The position numbers were made by a program, and so were the translations under genes. A stretch of 64,000 nt of DNA from Octopus sinensis (lineage: Eukaryota). Positions 1 to 12,102 of the stretch are shown piece by piece. The DNA is taken from contig NC_043000.1 in assembly GCF_006345805.1 (NCBI RefSeq), positions 152,396,001 to 152,460,000 on the forward strand, written 5' to 3'. Every line of letters starts with the position of its first letter. Position 1 is the stretch's first letter. The notes below the pieces were generated by a model. That model did not search any database and was not told where the DNA came from. It saw only the letters and a program-made list of their open reading frames with translations.

Positions 1-151
1 TACCGTGCCACACGGCAGAAAGATAAAACTGGATTTCTCTCAGATTAGTTTGGATGACAAAAACACAACAGTTAGCTGTACTACAAATTATGTCAGTGTT
101 TACAGTGGTGTAAAAGGACCCCAAAATTTCATCGGTTCTTATTGTGGACAA
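1..151 (+). CDS. Internal exon (5'-partial) of a CUB-domain protein
   Basis: Frame from nt 2 reads TVPHGRKIKLDFSQISLDDKNTTVSCTTNYVSVYSGVKGPQNFIGSYCGQ, matching the CUB pattern C..YV.V......G.YCG. It ends at the donor CAA|GTAAGT (152), phase 0. Confidence 0.85.
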
Positions 152-739
152 GTAAGTTTCCTTTTTATTAAGTGTCTCTGTCTATTGAGCTAATCTCCAA
201 ATTTTTAAGAAGTGGTTAAGATTTTTTGAGCACAAACTATTTTATCGTGATGAGGATAACCAAGAAAAGATGAAAGGACTTTGTAAAATTTTAAGGCAAG
301 ATTAATATGTCACTTCAAATTTTAAGTTCCTTTCCTATATATTTTTTTTAAATAGTTTATAACCTTGATCATTATGAAAATTTGTCCAAACTATACTTTG
401 GGGTTTTACCAACATATTCATATGTTTCCAGTTCTTAATTATAATATCATCTTCTACTTAAGATTATCATTAAAGAGATTACTCATCACTGATACTCCTA
501 TTTTCAAATTTAATAAAATAAATATTACCCAGCCTACAATTCAACATAACAGTGATATGAAGTGAACTGATTATCAAATTAAATGTAGCTCTAAAATCAT
601 TTATTGTAACTTATTTAGAATTTCAGTTTTTGTTTTATGTAATATAGTTGAAACTAATGAAATTTGTAAGTTCAGGACATTTTGTAAATATATTATTATT
701 ATTATTATTAATATTATTATTATTATTTCTCCTTTCCAG

Positions 740-839
740 GATCAACCAGATACTATTATATCACCATCAAATGTGTTGAGTGTGATCTTAAAAGTTGATG
801 GCATTTACAAAGCTCCAAAATTCATAATCCGGTATATAA
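740..839 (+). CDS. Next exon of the CUB-domain protein (C-terminal strands of the domain)
   Basis: Acceptor ttctcctttccag|G and donor A|GTGAGT (840). Reads DQPDTIISPSNVLSVILKVDGIYKAPKFIIRYI in frame with the previous exon (CUB P..I.S.SN.L.V.....F...Y). The phase-1 end is typical of CUB module boundaries. Confidence 0.85.
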
Positions 840-1067
840 GTGAGTGGAAATAAACATTTAGATTTCATATGCAGCCCGTTTGGATCATAGAATCACATCC
901 GTTCACATTCAATTAATTAGATTTGTTTTTTTTCTCTTTTTTGTGTGTGTTTGTGCTTTACTGACAATTTTGAAGTATGAACAGTTGAATCTTAATGTAC
1001 TTGTTTTTAAAAAGTAAAGTTATTTATATTCAAAATTAGAATTTGTTTTTATTTATCAATTTCTATA

Positions 1068-1290
1068 GGTGCAGGCATGGCTCTGTGTATATATTTGTGT
1101 GTTTGTGTCTGTGTTTGTCCTTCCACCATCACTTCACAACTGAACCGTAACTTAGTGGTTCAGCAAAAGAGACCGACAGAATAAGTACCAGGCTTACAAA
1201 GAATAAGTCCAGGGGTCGATTTCTTCAACTAAAAAGCAGTTCTCTGACATGGCTACAGTTACAATGTCTGAAACAAGTAAAAGAGTAAAA
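1068..1290 (+). mobile_element. Internally deleted tRNA-derived SINE (family A)
   Basis: Head taggtgcaggcatggctctgtg and 3' part ...gaataagtaccaggcttacaaagaataagtcc...gaaacaagtaaaagagtaaaa match the many full copies in the window. Confidence 0.75.
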
Positions 1291-1559
1291 AAATAAAACA
1301 AGAATTTGAAGCAATGAATTAAAACTGTGATTTGAAATCCCTCTGTAAACTGTAACTCAAATCAATACTTAACTAAATCTTGTCGGAAATAGATATGGTA
1401 AGGACCTTAGTGATAAGCACCACAAAAAGATTTTTTCTTGTATAACATCTAATTCTAGAATTAAACATATGTAAGTCTTCATATTTGCTTAGTAAGCATG
1501 GAAAAAGGGTATAAATGCATGCATGATTGTATTGGTAAAAGAGTGCATTGGAATGTTGG

Positions 1560-1850
1560 CTGAGTGAGTGGTCTTGAAATAAAAGGTAAGTGATATGAAC
1601 ATGGACCAGAGGCTGTGACAGAGAATAAAAATTACAAGGTCTTATGGAATTTTCCCATAAAGACTGAGCATATTATTGCAGCAAGAAGAACAGATATGAT
1701 TATAGGGGACAAAATAAACAAACAGTAGATCATGATCTTTCACAATTCCTTGTGATAACAGAGTTGATACCAAAGAAATTGATAAAAATTAAGAAATATC
1801 AGGACCTAAGCAGAAAGTTGAAATGATGTTGGGAGACAAATCAACAATTG
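1560..1850 (+). pseudogene. Degenerate R4/Dong-like non-LTR retrotransposon fragment (restriction-like endonuclease region)
   Basis: With frameshifts and stops it reads LWNFPIKTEHIIAARRTDMII...IPCDNRVDTKEIDKIKKYQDL, resembling the ILWDF..QTD....RPD...KY.DL region of the copies at 22-25 kb. Confidence 0.6.
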
Positions 1851-2104
1851 TTCTAACAAACCAGACTTGCATTGTCACCTTCTGAAAAGTACCATCCTAT
1901 ATTCTGGATTTTGAGATTTCACGTTGCTCCAGTCCACTCAGCTGGCAAAAATGAGTAATGCTGTGATGGACTGGCGTCCCATCCAGCTGGGGAACACATA
2001 TGCCATAGAAACCGGGAAACCGGGCCCATGAGCCTAGCTAGGCTTTAAAAGGGTGCATTTATTAAATATATATATACACATATATATATATATATACATA
2101 TATA

Positions 2105-2429
2105 AAGACCCCCTTTGATCATGAATGACCATGGGATTGCACCTAGAAAGTTCCCCTCCGAGGCACATGTCTGGGCAAAATTGTTTATGGAAGACCAGCA
2201 GTCACCCATGCATACCAGCCTCTCCTCTCCATGCAACGGATGCTATCCAAGGAAAAGACAAAGGCCGACACAGCTTGACACTAGTGACATCTCAATTCAT
2301 TTCTACAGCTGAGTGAACTGGAGCAATGTGAAATAAAGTGTCTTGCTCAAGGATGCAACACGCAGCCCGGTCCCACAATTGAACTCACTATCTCATGATT
2401 GTGATCCCGATGTTTTAACTAGTGAGCCA
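2105..2429 (-). mobile_element. tRNA-headed SINE (third family)
   Basis: The - strand starts with a tRNA-like head with a B-box-like gagttcaatt, followed by the core gttgcatccttgagcaagacactttatttcacattgctccagttcactcagc. A related copy lies at about 34780-35070. Confidence 0.6.
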
Positions 2430-2560
2430 TATTCCTAAACAAGAATGTTATTGACAGCGACTTTGAAGTTTTGACCATCTGAACCATCGCCGGCAGTCTG
2501 ACGATGTTTAATTGACAGGAACTTCGAAGTCACTATCAACAACACTCTTGTTTAAGAATA
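2430..2560. mobile_element. ~130-bp MITE-like foldback element
   Basis: About 40-bp imperfect terminal inverted repeats: tattcctaaacaagaatgttattgacagcgactttgaagtt and aacttcgaagtcactatcaacaacactcttgtttaagaata. Confidence 0.6.
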
Positions 2561-2589
2561 ATAAATTTGTACTCTCTGTAAGTATAAAG

Positions 2590-3406
2590 GGATCTTTTCG
2601 GTTTGACCGGCAGTTTTTTTTAAATAATTTCCACGTAACTAAACACTTTTAAACTTCGTATACTGGTAGAATGTGTTTATAAAACATCTTTTTCTCTTGG
2701 CTTTATTGAGAAAATTCTATAGTTTGTAAAGATATTTGTTGTTGTTTTTCTTCAATTTCTGCAATTTCAACCAATCAGTGACGTCTATTGAGGTGAAAAC
2801 ATTCTGTGCCGTATGAATATGTCCCGCGTTTAAGAAACATATTGGGTTTATTTACATTTGTGAAGAAAAAAAAGATGCCCTTCCCCCCTCTAACCCTAAC
2901 CCTAAAACAGATTGAAATGCAGTAGATTGATACTAGGGTCATAATTATGGGTGACAATTTCATATGACACCGCTAGAAAAAATTGCCGTTCAAAACGAAA
3001 AGATCCGTCATTGGCAAGTTGCTTCTTGTCTACGTACCTATATACAGTTAGGTAGTTTGTACTGAGGACAGGCTATCCAAACTCACGCTTACATACATGC
3101 GACGAGACTTTTTTTCTGTACAGCAATCTGGATTACTGACTCAACGCGCTGTAAACTTATCTCTTTTTATTTCATACTGGTATACTGGTAGAATGTGTTT
3201 ATAAAACATCTTTTTCTCTTGGCTTTATTGAGAAAATTCTATAGTTTGTAAGATATTTGTTGTTGTTTTTTTTTTCAATTTCTGCAATTTCAACCAGTCA
3301 ATGACGTCTATTGAGGTGAAAACATTGTGCCATATGAATATGTCCCTCGGGTGACAATTTCATAGGACACCGCTAGAAAAAACTGCCGTTCAAACCGAAA
3401 AGATCC
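2590..3406. mobile_element. Composite Merlin-type MITE (one left TIR, two right TIRs)
   Basis: Left TIR GGATCTTTTCGGTTTGACCGGCAG at 2590; right TIRs end at 3006 and 3406. An 8-bp TSD with one mismatch (gtataaag / atataaag) flanks the outer ends. GG termini plus 8-bp TSD fit the Merlin superfamily. Confidence 0.7.
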
Positions 3407-3889
3407 ATATAAAGTAATTCATATGCTAAACTTTTGTTCTGTTTCCACCAATGAAATTTCATTGACATGATAAGATAAAAAGACACTTAACATACACACT
3501 TACACAGAATGCCGTGCAATGTGATCAAAGATGAGGCCTTGTGGTTGCGAGTGAACTTATATCATTCACACACTCCACTGTTGTCATTTGGCCCTTCACT
3601 GACCTAAACTTTCAAAAATGAATTAAAGAAGTTTGTATTATAAGGCGATATTATGTCATCTGTTCAGAATGTAAGAATGAATGTAACTTGATATCGTATT
3701 TATATATGACCTAGTACTGGTACTGCTGGTGGTGGTGGCGGTGGTGGTGCTGTTGTTGCATTAGAATGTCGAAGTTATCAGCCGATTATATTATCCTAAA
3801 ATTTAAAAAAAGGTGAAGAGATTTTTAAAAGGTTAGGCTTGTATTTTGTTAATTAACCATGACAGTATGTGGAAAAGAGTGTATTTGTG

Positions 3890-6800
3890 TGTATGAGTGT
3901 TTTTGTGTACGTATGCAAATGTGCGTGTATGTGTGCACGCAACTGTGTGTGTGTGTGTGTGAGTGTGTGTGTGTGGATGAATGTGTTGTGAATTTGAGAG
4001 CGTATGTGTGTTTTTGTGTACGTATGCGAATGTGCGTGTATGTGTGCACGCAACTGTGTGTGTGTGTGTGTGTGTGGATGAATGTGTTGTGAATTTGGGA
4101 GCGTATGTGTGTTTTTGTGTACGTATGCAAATGTGCGTGTATGTGTGCACGCAACTGTGTGTGTGTGTGTGTGAGTGTGTGTGTGTGGATGAATGTGTTG
4201 TGAATTTGAGAGCGTATGTGTGTTTTTGTGTACATATGCGAATGTGTGTGTATGTGTGTGCGTAACTCTGTGTGTGTGTGTGTGTGTGTGGATGAATGTG
4301 TTGTGAATTTGAGAGCGTGTGTGTGTTTTTGTGTACGTATGCGAATGTGCGTGTATGTGTGCACGCAACTGTGTGTGTGTGTGTGTGTGAGTGTGTGTGT
4401 GTGGATGAATGTGTTGTGAATTTGAGAGCGTATGTGTGTTTTTGTGTACATATGCGAATGTGTGTGTATGTGTGTGCGTAACTCTGTGTGTGTGTGTGTG
4501 TGTGGATGAATGTGTTGTGAATTTGAGAGCGTGTGTGTGTTTTTGTGTACGTATGCGAATGTGCGTGTATGTGTGCACGCAACTGTGTGTGTGTGTGTGT
4601 GAGTGTGTGTGTGTGGATGAATGTGTTGTGAATTTGAGAGCGTATGTGTGTTTTTGTGTACATATGCGAATGTGTGTGTATGTGTGTGCGTAACTCTGTG
4701 TGTGTGTGTGTGTGTGTGTGTGGATGAATGTGTTGTGAATTTGAGAGCGTATGTGTGTTTTTGTGTACATATGCGAATGTGCGTGTATGTGTGCACGCAA
4801 CTGTGTGTGTGTGTGTGTGTGAGTGTGTGTGTGTGGATGAATGTGTTGTGAATTTGAGAGCGTGTGTGTGTTTTTGTGTACATATGCGAATGTGCGTGTA
4901 TGTGTGCACGCAACTGTGTGTGTGTGTGTGTGTGAGTGTATGTGTGTGGATGAATGTGTCGTGAATTTGAGAGCGTATGTGTGTTTTTGTGTACGTATGC
5001 GAATGTGCGTGTATGTGTGCACGCAACTGTGTGTGTGTGTTGAGTGTGTGTGTGGATGAATGTGTTGTGAATTTGAGAGCGTGTGTGTGTTTTTGTGTAC
5101 ATATGCGAATGTGCGTGTATGTGTGCACGCAACTGTGTGTGTGTGTGTGTGTGTGAGTGTGTGTGTGTGGATGAATGTGTTGTGAATTTGAGAGCGTATG
5201 TTGTTTTTTGTGTACGTATGCGAATGTGCGTGTATGTGTGCACGCAACTGTGTGTGTGTGTGTGTGTGTGTGAGTGTGTGTGTGTGGATGAATGTGTTGT
5301 GAATTTGAGAGCGTATGTGTGTTTTTGTGTACGTATGCGAATGTGAGTGTATGTGTGCACGCAACTGTGTGTGTGTGTGTGAGTGTGTGTGTGTGGATGA
5401 ATGTGTTGTGAATTTGAGAGCGTATGTGTGTTTTTGTGTACGTATGCGAATGTGCGTGTATGTGTGCACGCAACTGTGTGTGTGTGTGTGTGTGAGTGTG
5501 TGTGTATGAATATGTTGTGAATTTGAGAGCGTATGTGTGTTTTTGTTTACGTATGTGAATGTGTGTGTATGTGTGCACGCAACTGTGTGTGTGTGTGTGT
5601 GTGAGTGTGTGTGTGTGGATGAATGTGTTGTGAATTTGAGAGCGTATGTGTGTTTTTGTGTACATATGCGAATGTGTGTGTATGTGTGTGCGTAACTCTG
5701 TGTGTGTGTGTGTGTGTGTGGATGAATGTGTTGTGAATTTGAGAGCGTGTGTGTGTTTTTGTGTACGTATGCGAATGTGCGTGTATGTGTGCACGCAACT
5801 GTGTGTGTGTGTGTGTGAGTGTGTGTGTGTGGATGAATGTTGTGAATTTGAGAGCGTATGTGTGTTTTTGTGTACATATGCGAATGTGTGTGTATGTGTG
5901 TGCGTAACTGTGTGTGTGTGTGTGTGTGTGTGTGGATGAATGTGTTGTGAATTGAGAGCGTATGTGTGTTTTTGTGTACATATGCGAATGTGCGTGTATG
6001 TGTGCACGCAACTGTGTGTGTGTGTGTGTGTGAGTGTGTGTGTGTGGATGAATGTGTTGTGAATTTGAGAGCGTATGTGTGTTTTTGTGTACATATGCGA
6101 ATGTGCGTGTATGTGTGCACGCAACTGTGTGTGTGTGTGTGAGTGTGTGTGTGTGGATGAATGTGTTGTGAATTTGAGAGCGTATGTGTGTTTTTGTGTA
6201 CATATGCGAATGTGCGTGTATGTGTGCACGCAACTGTGTGTGTGTGAGTGTGTGTGTGTGGATGAATGTGTTGTGAATTTGAGAGCGTGTGTGTGTTTTT
6301 GTGTACATATGCGAATGTGCGTGTATGTGTGCACGCAACTGTGTGTGTGTGTTGTGTGTGAGTGTGTGTGTGTGGATGAATGTGTTGTGAATTTGAGAGC
6401 GTATGTGTGTTTTTGTGTACGTATGCGAATGTGCGTGTATGTGTGCACGCAACTGTGTGTGTGTGTGTGTGTGAGTGTGTGTGTGTGGATGAATGTGTTG
6501 TGAATTTGAGAGCGTGTGTGTGTTTTTGTGTACATATGCGAATGTGTGTGTATGTGTGCACGTAACTGTGTGTGTGTGTGTGTGTGTGTGGATGAATGTG
6601 TTGTGAATTTGAGAGCGTATGTGTGTTTTTGTGTACATATGCGAATGTGCGTGTATGTGTGCACGCAACTGTGTGTGTGTGTGTGTGAGTGTGTGTGTGT
6701 GGATGAATGTGTTGTGAATTTGAGAGCGTGTGTGTTTTTGTGTACATATGCGAATGTGCGTGTATGTGTGCACGCAACTGTGTGTGTGTGTGTGTGAGTG

Positions 6801-9741
6801 TGTGTGTGTGGATGAATGTGTTGTGAATTTGAGAGCGTATGTGTGTTTTTGTGTACATATGCGAATGTGCGTGTATGTGTGCATGCAACTGTGTGTGTGT
6901 GTGTGTGAGTGTGTGTGTGTGGATGAATGTGTTGTGAATTTGAGAGCGTATGTGTGTTTTTGTGTACATATGCGAATGTGCGTGTATGTGTGCATGCAAC
7001 TGTGTGTGTGTGTGTGTGAGTGTGTGTGTGGATGAATGTGTTGTGAATTTGAGAGCGTATGTGTGTTTTTGTGTACATATGCGAATGTGCGTGTATGTGT
7101 GCACGCAACTGTGTGTTGTGTGTGTGTGAGTGTGTGTGTGGATGAATGTGTTGTGAATTTGAGAGCGTATGTGTTTTTTTGTGTAGTATGCGATGTGCGT
7201 GTATGTGTGCACGCAACTGTGTGTGTGTGTGTGTGTGTGAGTGTGTGTGTGGATGAATGTGTTGTGAATTTGGGAGCGTATGTGTGTTTTTGTGTGTACA
7301 TATGCGAATGTGGTGTGTATGTGTGCACGTAACTGTGTGTGTGTGTGTTGTGTGTGGATGAATGTGTTGTGAATTTGAGAGCGTATGTGTGTTTTTGTGT
7401 ACGTATGCGAATGTGAGTGTATGTGTGCACGCAACTGTGTGTGTGTGTGTGAGTGTGTGTGTGTGGATGAATGTGTTGTGAATTTGAGAGCGTATGTGTG
7501 TTTTTGTGTACGTATGCGAATGTGCGTGTATGTGTGCACGCAACTGTGTGTGTGTGTGTGTGTGAGTGTGTGTGTATGAATGTGTTGTGAATTTGAGAGC
7601 GTATGTGTGTTTTTGTGTACATATGCGAATGTGCGTGTATGTGTGCACGCAACTGTGTGTCTGTGTGTGTGTGAGTGTGTGTGTGTGGATGAATGTGTTG
7701 TGAATTTGAGAGCGTGTGTGTGTTTTTGTGTACATATGCGAATGTGCGTGTATGTGTGCACGCAACTGTGTGTGTGTGTGTGTGTGAGTGTGTGTGTGTG
7801 GATGAATATGTTGTGAATTTGAGAGCGTATGTGTGTTTTTGTTTACGTATGTGAATGTGTGTGTATGTGTGCACGCAACTGTGTGTGTGTGTGTGTGTGA
7901 GTGTGTGTGTGTGGATGAATGTGTTGTGAATTTGAGAGCGTATGTGTGTTTTTGTGTACATATGCGAATGTGTGTGTATGTGTGTGCGTAACTCTGTGTG
8001 TGTGGTGTGTGTGTGGATGAATGTGTTGTGAATTTGAGAGCGTGTGTGTGTGTTTTTGTGTACGTATGCGAATGTGCGTGTATGTGTGCACGCAACTGTG
8101 TGTGTGTGTGTGTGAGTGTGTGTGTGTGGATGAATGTTGTGAATTTGAGAGCGTATGTGTGTGTTTTTGTGTACATATGCGAATGTGTGTGTATGTGTGT
8201 GCGTAACTCTGTGTGTTGTGGTGTGTGTGTGTGGATGAATGTGTTGTGAATTTGAGAGCGTATGTGGTTTTTTGTGTACATATGCGAATGTGCGTGTATG
8301 TGTGCACGCAACTGTGTGTGTGTGTGTGTGTGAGTGTGTGTGTGTGGATGAATGTGTTGTGAATTTGAGAGCGTATGTGTGTTTTTGTGTACATATGCGA
8401 ATGTGCGTGTATGTGTGCACGCAACTGTGTGTGTGTGTGTGGTGTGTGTGGTGTGTGGATGAATGTGTTGTGAATTTGAGAGCGTATGTGTGTTTTTGTG
8501 TACATATGCGAATGTGCGTGTATGTGTGCACGCAACTGTGTGTGTGTGAGTGTGTGTGTGTGGATGAATGTGTTGTGAATTTGAGAGCGTGTGTGTGTGT
8601 TTTTGTGTGTACATATGCGAATGTGCGTGTATGTGTGCACGCAACTGTGTGTGTGTGTGTGTTTGAGTGTGTGTGTGTGGATGAATGTGTTGTGAATTGA
8701 GAGCGTATGTGTGTTTTTGTGTACGTATGCGAATGTGCGTGTATGTGTGCACGCAACTGTGTGTGTGTGTGTGTGAGTGTGTGTGTGTGGATGAATGTGT
8801 TGTGAATTTGAGAGCGTGTGTGTGTTTTTGTGTACATATGCGAATGTGTGTGTATGTGTGCACGTAACTGTGTGTGTGTGTGTGTGTGTGGATGAATGTG
8901 TTGTGAATTTGAGAGCGTATGTGTGTTTTTGTGTACATATGCGAATGTGCGTGTATGTGTGCACGCAACTGTGTGTGTGTGTGTGTGAGTGTGTGTGTGT
9001 GGATGAATGTGTTGTGAATTTGAGAGCGTGTGTGTGTTTTTGTGTACATATGCGAATGTGCGTGTATGTGTGCACGCAACTGTGTGTGTGTGTGTGTGAG
9101 TGTGTGTGTGTGGATGAATGTGTTGTGAATTTGAGAGCGTATGTGTGTTTTTGTGTACATATGCGAATGTGCGTGTATGTGTGCATGCAACTGTGTGTGT
9201 GTGTGTGTGAGTGTGTGTGTGTGGATGAATGTGTTGTGAATTTGAGAGCGTATGTGTGTTTTTGTGTACATATGCGAATGTGCGTGTATGTGTGCATGCA
9301 ACTGTGTGTGTGTGTGTGTGAGTGTGTGTGTGTGGATGAATGTGTTGTGAATTTGAGAGCGTATGTGTGTTTTTGTGTACATATGCGAATGTGCGTGTAT
9401 GTGTGCACGCAACTGTTTGTGTGTGTGTGTGTGAGTGTGTGTGTGTGGATGAATGTGTTGTGAATTTGAGAGCGTATGTGTGTTTTTGTGTACATATGCG
9501 AATGTGCGTGTATGTGTTCACGCAACTGTGTGTGTGTGTGTGAGTGTGTTTGTATGAATGTGTTGTGAATTTGAGAGCGTATGTGTGTTTTTGTGTACAT
9601 ATGCGAATGTGCGTGTATGTGTGCACGCAACTGTGTGTGTGTGTGTGTGTGAGTGTGTGTGTGTGGATGCATGTGTTGTGAATTTGAGAGTGTATGTGTG
9701 TTTTTGTGTACATATGCGAATGTGTGTGTATGTGTGCACGC

Positions 9742-9772
<31 letters not shown>

Positions 9773-9960
9773 GATGAATGTGTTGTGAATTTGGGAGCGT
9801 ATGTGTGTTTTTGTGTACGTATGCGAATGTGCGTGTATGTGTGCACGCAACTGTGTGTGTGTGTGTGTGTGAGTGTGTGTGTGTGGATGAATGTGTTGTG
9901 AATTTGAGAGCGTATGTGTGTTTTTGTGTACATATGCGAATGTGCGTGTATGTGTGCGCG
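3890..9960. repeat. Tandem minisatellite/satellite, about 55 units of ~109 bp, derived from (TG)n
   Basis: Unit ggatgaatgtgttgtgaatttgagagcgtatgtgtgtttttgtgtacatatgcgaatgtgcgtgtatgtgtgcacgcaactg(tg)n-agtgtgtgtgtgt. 55 anchor occurrences counted by eye between about 3977 and 9887. Confidence 0.97.
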
Positions 9961-10338
9961 TAACTGTTTCTGTGTGCGTGTGTGTGCGCGCGTGTGTAAG
10001 CTCATGTGTGTGCTTGTATGTATATGAACGTGCGTGCGTATTTGTGCGCATATGTGTAAGTGCATGTATGAATGTGTATGCGTGTGTATGTGTGTATAAG
10101 TGTATGCATGGACGTGCATGTGTGTATGCATGTGTGTGTGTGTGTGTGTGTACATTTCTCTTGCTTCTTTATGTGAGTCAGCTATAATTGTACACGTCAT
10201 CTTGTGAAAGACATGGAAATCCATCTTTCGAGTAAAAAAATTAGTCAAAAGAAACCCTGAAATTTGAAGGGTGGAAGAAGGAAGTTTATCTATCAGTTTG
10301 TCTTCATCTCCCTGCAAGCTAGCTTCTAGCTACCTATC

Positions 10339-10564
10339 TATTTCTTTACTTACCCACAAGAGGCTAAAACACAGAAAGGACAAACAAAGACTGACAAATG
10401 GATTAAGTCGACTACATCGACCCAGTGTGTAACTGGTACTTAACTTATCGACCCCGAAAGGCAAAGTCGACCTCGGCGGAATTTGAACTCAGAACGTAAC
10501 GGCAGACGAAATACGGCTACGCATTTCGCCCGGCGTGCTAACGTTTCTGCCAGCTCGCCGCCTT
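10339..10564 (-). mobile_element. tRNA-derived SINE family B, monomer
   Basis: The - strand has head aaggcggcgagctggcagaaacgttagc (A-box-like), B box gagttcaaattcc, one body unit and a 3' end gtaaagaaata. Confidence 0.85.
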
Positions 10565-10850
10565 TACAACGTGAAGTGAAGTGTTTTGCTCAAGAACACA
10601 ACGCGTCGCCCGGTCCAGGAATCGAAACCACAATCTTACGATCATGATGCTGACACCCTAACCACTAAGCCACGCACCTCCACTACCTACCTACCTACTT
10701 AACCTATATATTGATATCGTGTGATTGGCCAGACATTGCAACTTGACACAATGCGCTTTGCTGGGATTGCTAAATCGTGAGTGCAATGTCCTAACCACTC
10801 GGCCATGCGCCTTCACATTATCTATCTGTCTGTCTGTCTAACTATAGCTA

Positions 10851-11673
10851 CAGTAGACTGCCACTAATCCTGCAACCTGTAATCCGGCACTAAGTTCGGC
10901 TAGAAAAATTTCAAATAATCAAAGATTTTCCAGGTCGCCGCACCAACCGGTCGCTACGATTTCTTGGCGTTACTCGCTGCATAAACGCACTCACGTCATT
11001 TGAAAACAAAGGCAGGCCTTTCCATTTAATTTTATTATTATTATTATTATTCTTTTTTCACTTTTAAACCCAGCCGTGGTTCCAAAGCATAAAAGAAGTG
11101 CTTCTCATGGTGTAAAGCGTAAACACAGTACATCTCTCTCTATATAAACGGCAGTTTGTCTGTCTGCGTGTCTGTGTGTCTGTTTGGTTGTACCCTCACC
11201 CTGACCACGGCTTTCAACCGATTCTGATGAAACTTGACACACACATAGCCCAATGTCATAATTCAAAACTAACGCAGCGAAAATTTTGAAAAGTTCCCCC
11301 AGTTCTGAAAAAATCGATAAATTCGACATGGGGTCGAGAATTAGAAACACAAACCACAGACTCTCTAGGGGACGCAACTCGACCTTTTTAACTCTCAAAA
11401 AAAAAAGATTACCATTTTTTTCCATTTTTTGGCTATAACTCTCTAAAAATGCTTTATAGCTATTTCCCTTACAAATCCGAGCAACGCCGGGCGATACTGC
11501 TAGTTGTCCATAAAAGAAAAAGTTGAACTGTTGAAAAAACTTGACAGCGGTGAGTCTGTGAAAAGATTGTGCAAATTATACAACGTTGGATCTACGACAG
11601 TTTGCGACATTAACCCCCCCACCCCAGAAAGACCAGTTACTCCGTTTCTTTGCTGACAGTGAGTCAAAGAAAC
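10851..11673 (+). pseudogene. 5' part of a pogo/Tigger-like DNA transposon (TIR plus N-terminal HTH), interrupted
   Basis: TA|CAGTAGACTGCCACTAATCC TIR-like start. Removing the Helitron at 11133-11503 rejoins SASHGVKRKHST|LSIKEKVELLKKLDSGESVKRLCKLYNVGSTTVCDI in frame, a CENP-B/psq-type HTH. Confidence 0.75.
11133..11503 (+). mobile_element. Non-autonomous Helitron
   Basis: A|TC start, subterminal hairpin ccgagcaacgccggg, CTAG|T end, no TSD. The empty site restores the pogo ORF. Confidence 0.85.
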
Positions 11674-11717
11674 GGTACTTTTTGGTTATCTCACTCCCAT
11701 TAAAAAATTAATTGAAA

Positions 11718-11825
11718 CGGGTTCAGTCCCACTGCGTGGCATCTTGGGCAGGTGTCTTCTGCTATAGCCCCAGGCCGACCTTATGAGTTGATTTGGTAGA
11801 CGGAAACTGAAAGAAGCCTGTCGTA

Positions 11826-11879
<54 letters not shown>

Positions 11880-12102
11880 CGTGTGTGTGTTTGTGTGTCT
11901 GTGTTTGTTCCCCTAGCATTGCTTGACAACCGATGCTGGTGTGTTGACGTCCCCGTCACTTAGCGGTTGGGCAAAAAGAGACCGATAGAATAAGTACTGG
12001 GCTTACAAAAAGAATAAGTCCCGGGGTCGAGTTGCTCGACTAAAGGTGGTGCTCCAGCATGGCCGCAGTCAAATGACTGAAACAAGTAAAAGAGTAAAAG
12101 AG
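11718..12102 (+). mobile_element. 5'-truncated SINE family A inserted in the Merlin left subterminal repeat
   Basis: The SINE body splits gggt|tatctccc, which is continuous at the opposite Merlin end. Confidence 0.8.

Noticed and set aside
3668-3763. Terminal CUB exon with a hydrophobic tail after ttcag
   Set aside because: In the required phase the frame stops (KCKNECNLISYLYMT*) before the GGT-repeat hydrophobic stretch.
3833-10317. Giant His/Thr-rich ORFs (up to 1859 aa, - strand) and Cys/Val-rich ORFs (+ strand)
   Set aside because: All three - strand frames are open because the CA-rich unit lacks stop codons. The frames swap at (CA)n length changes, so there is no frame conservation.
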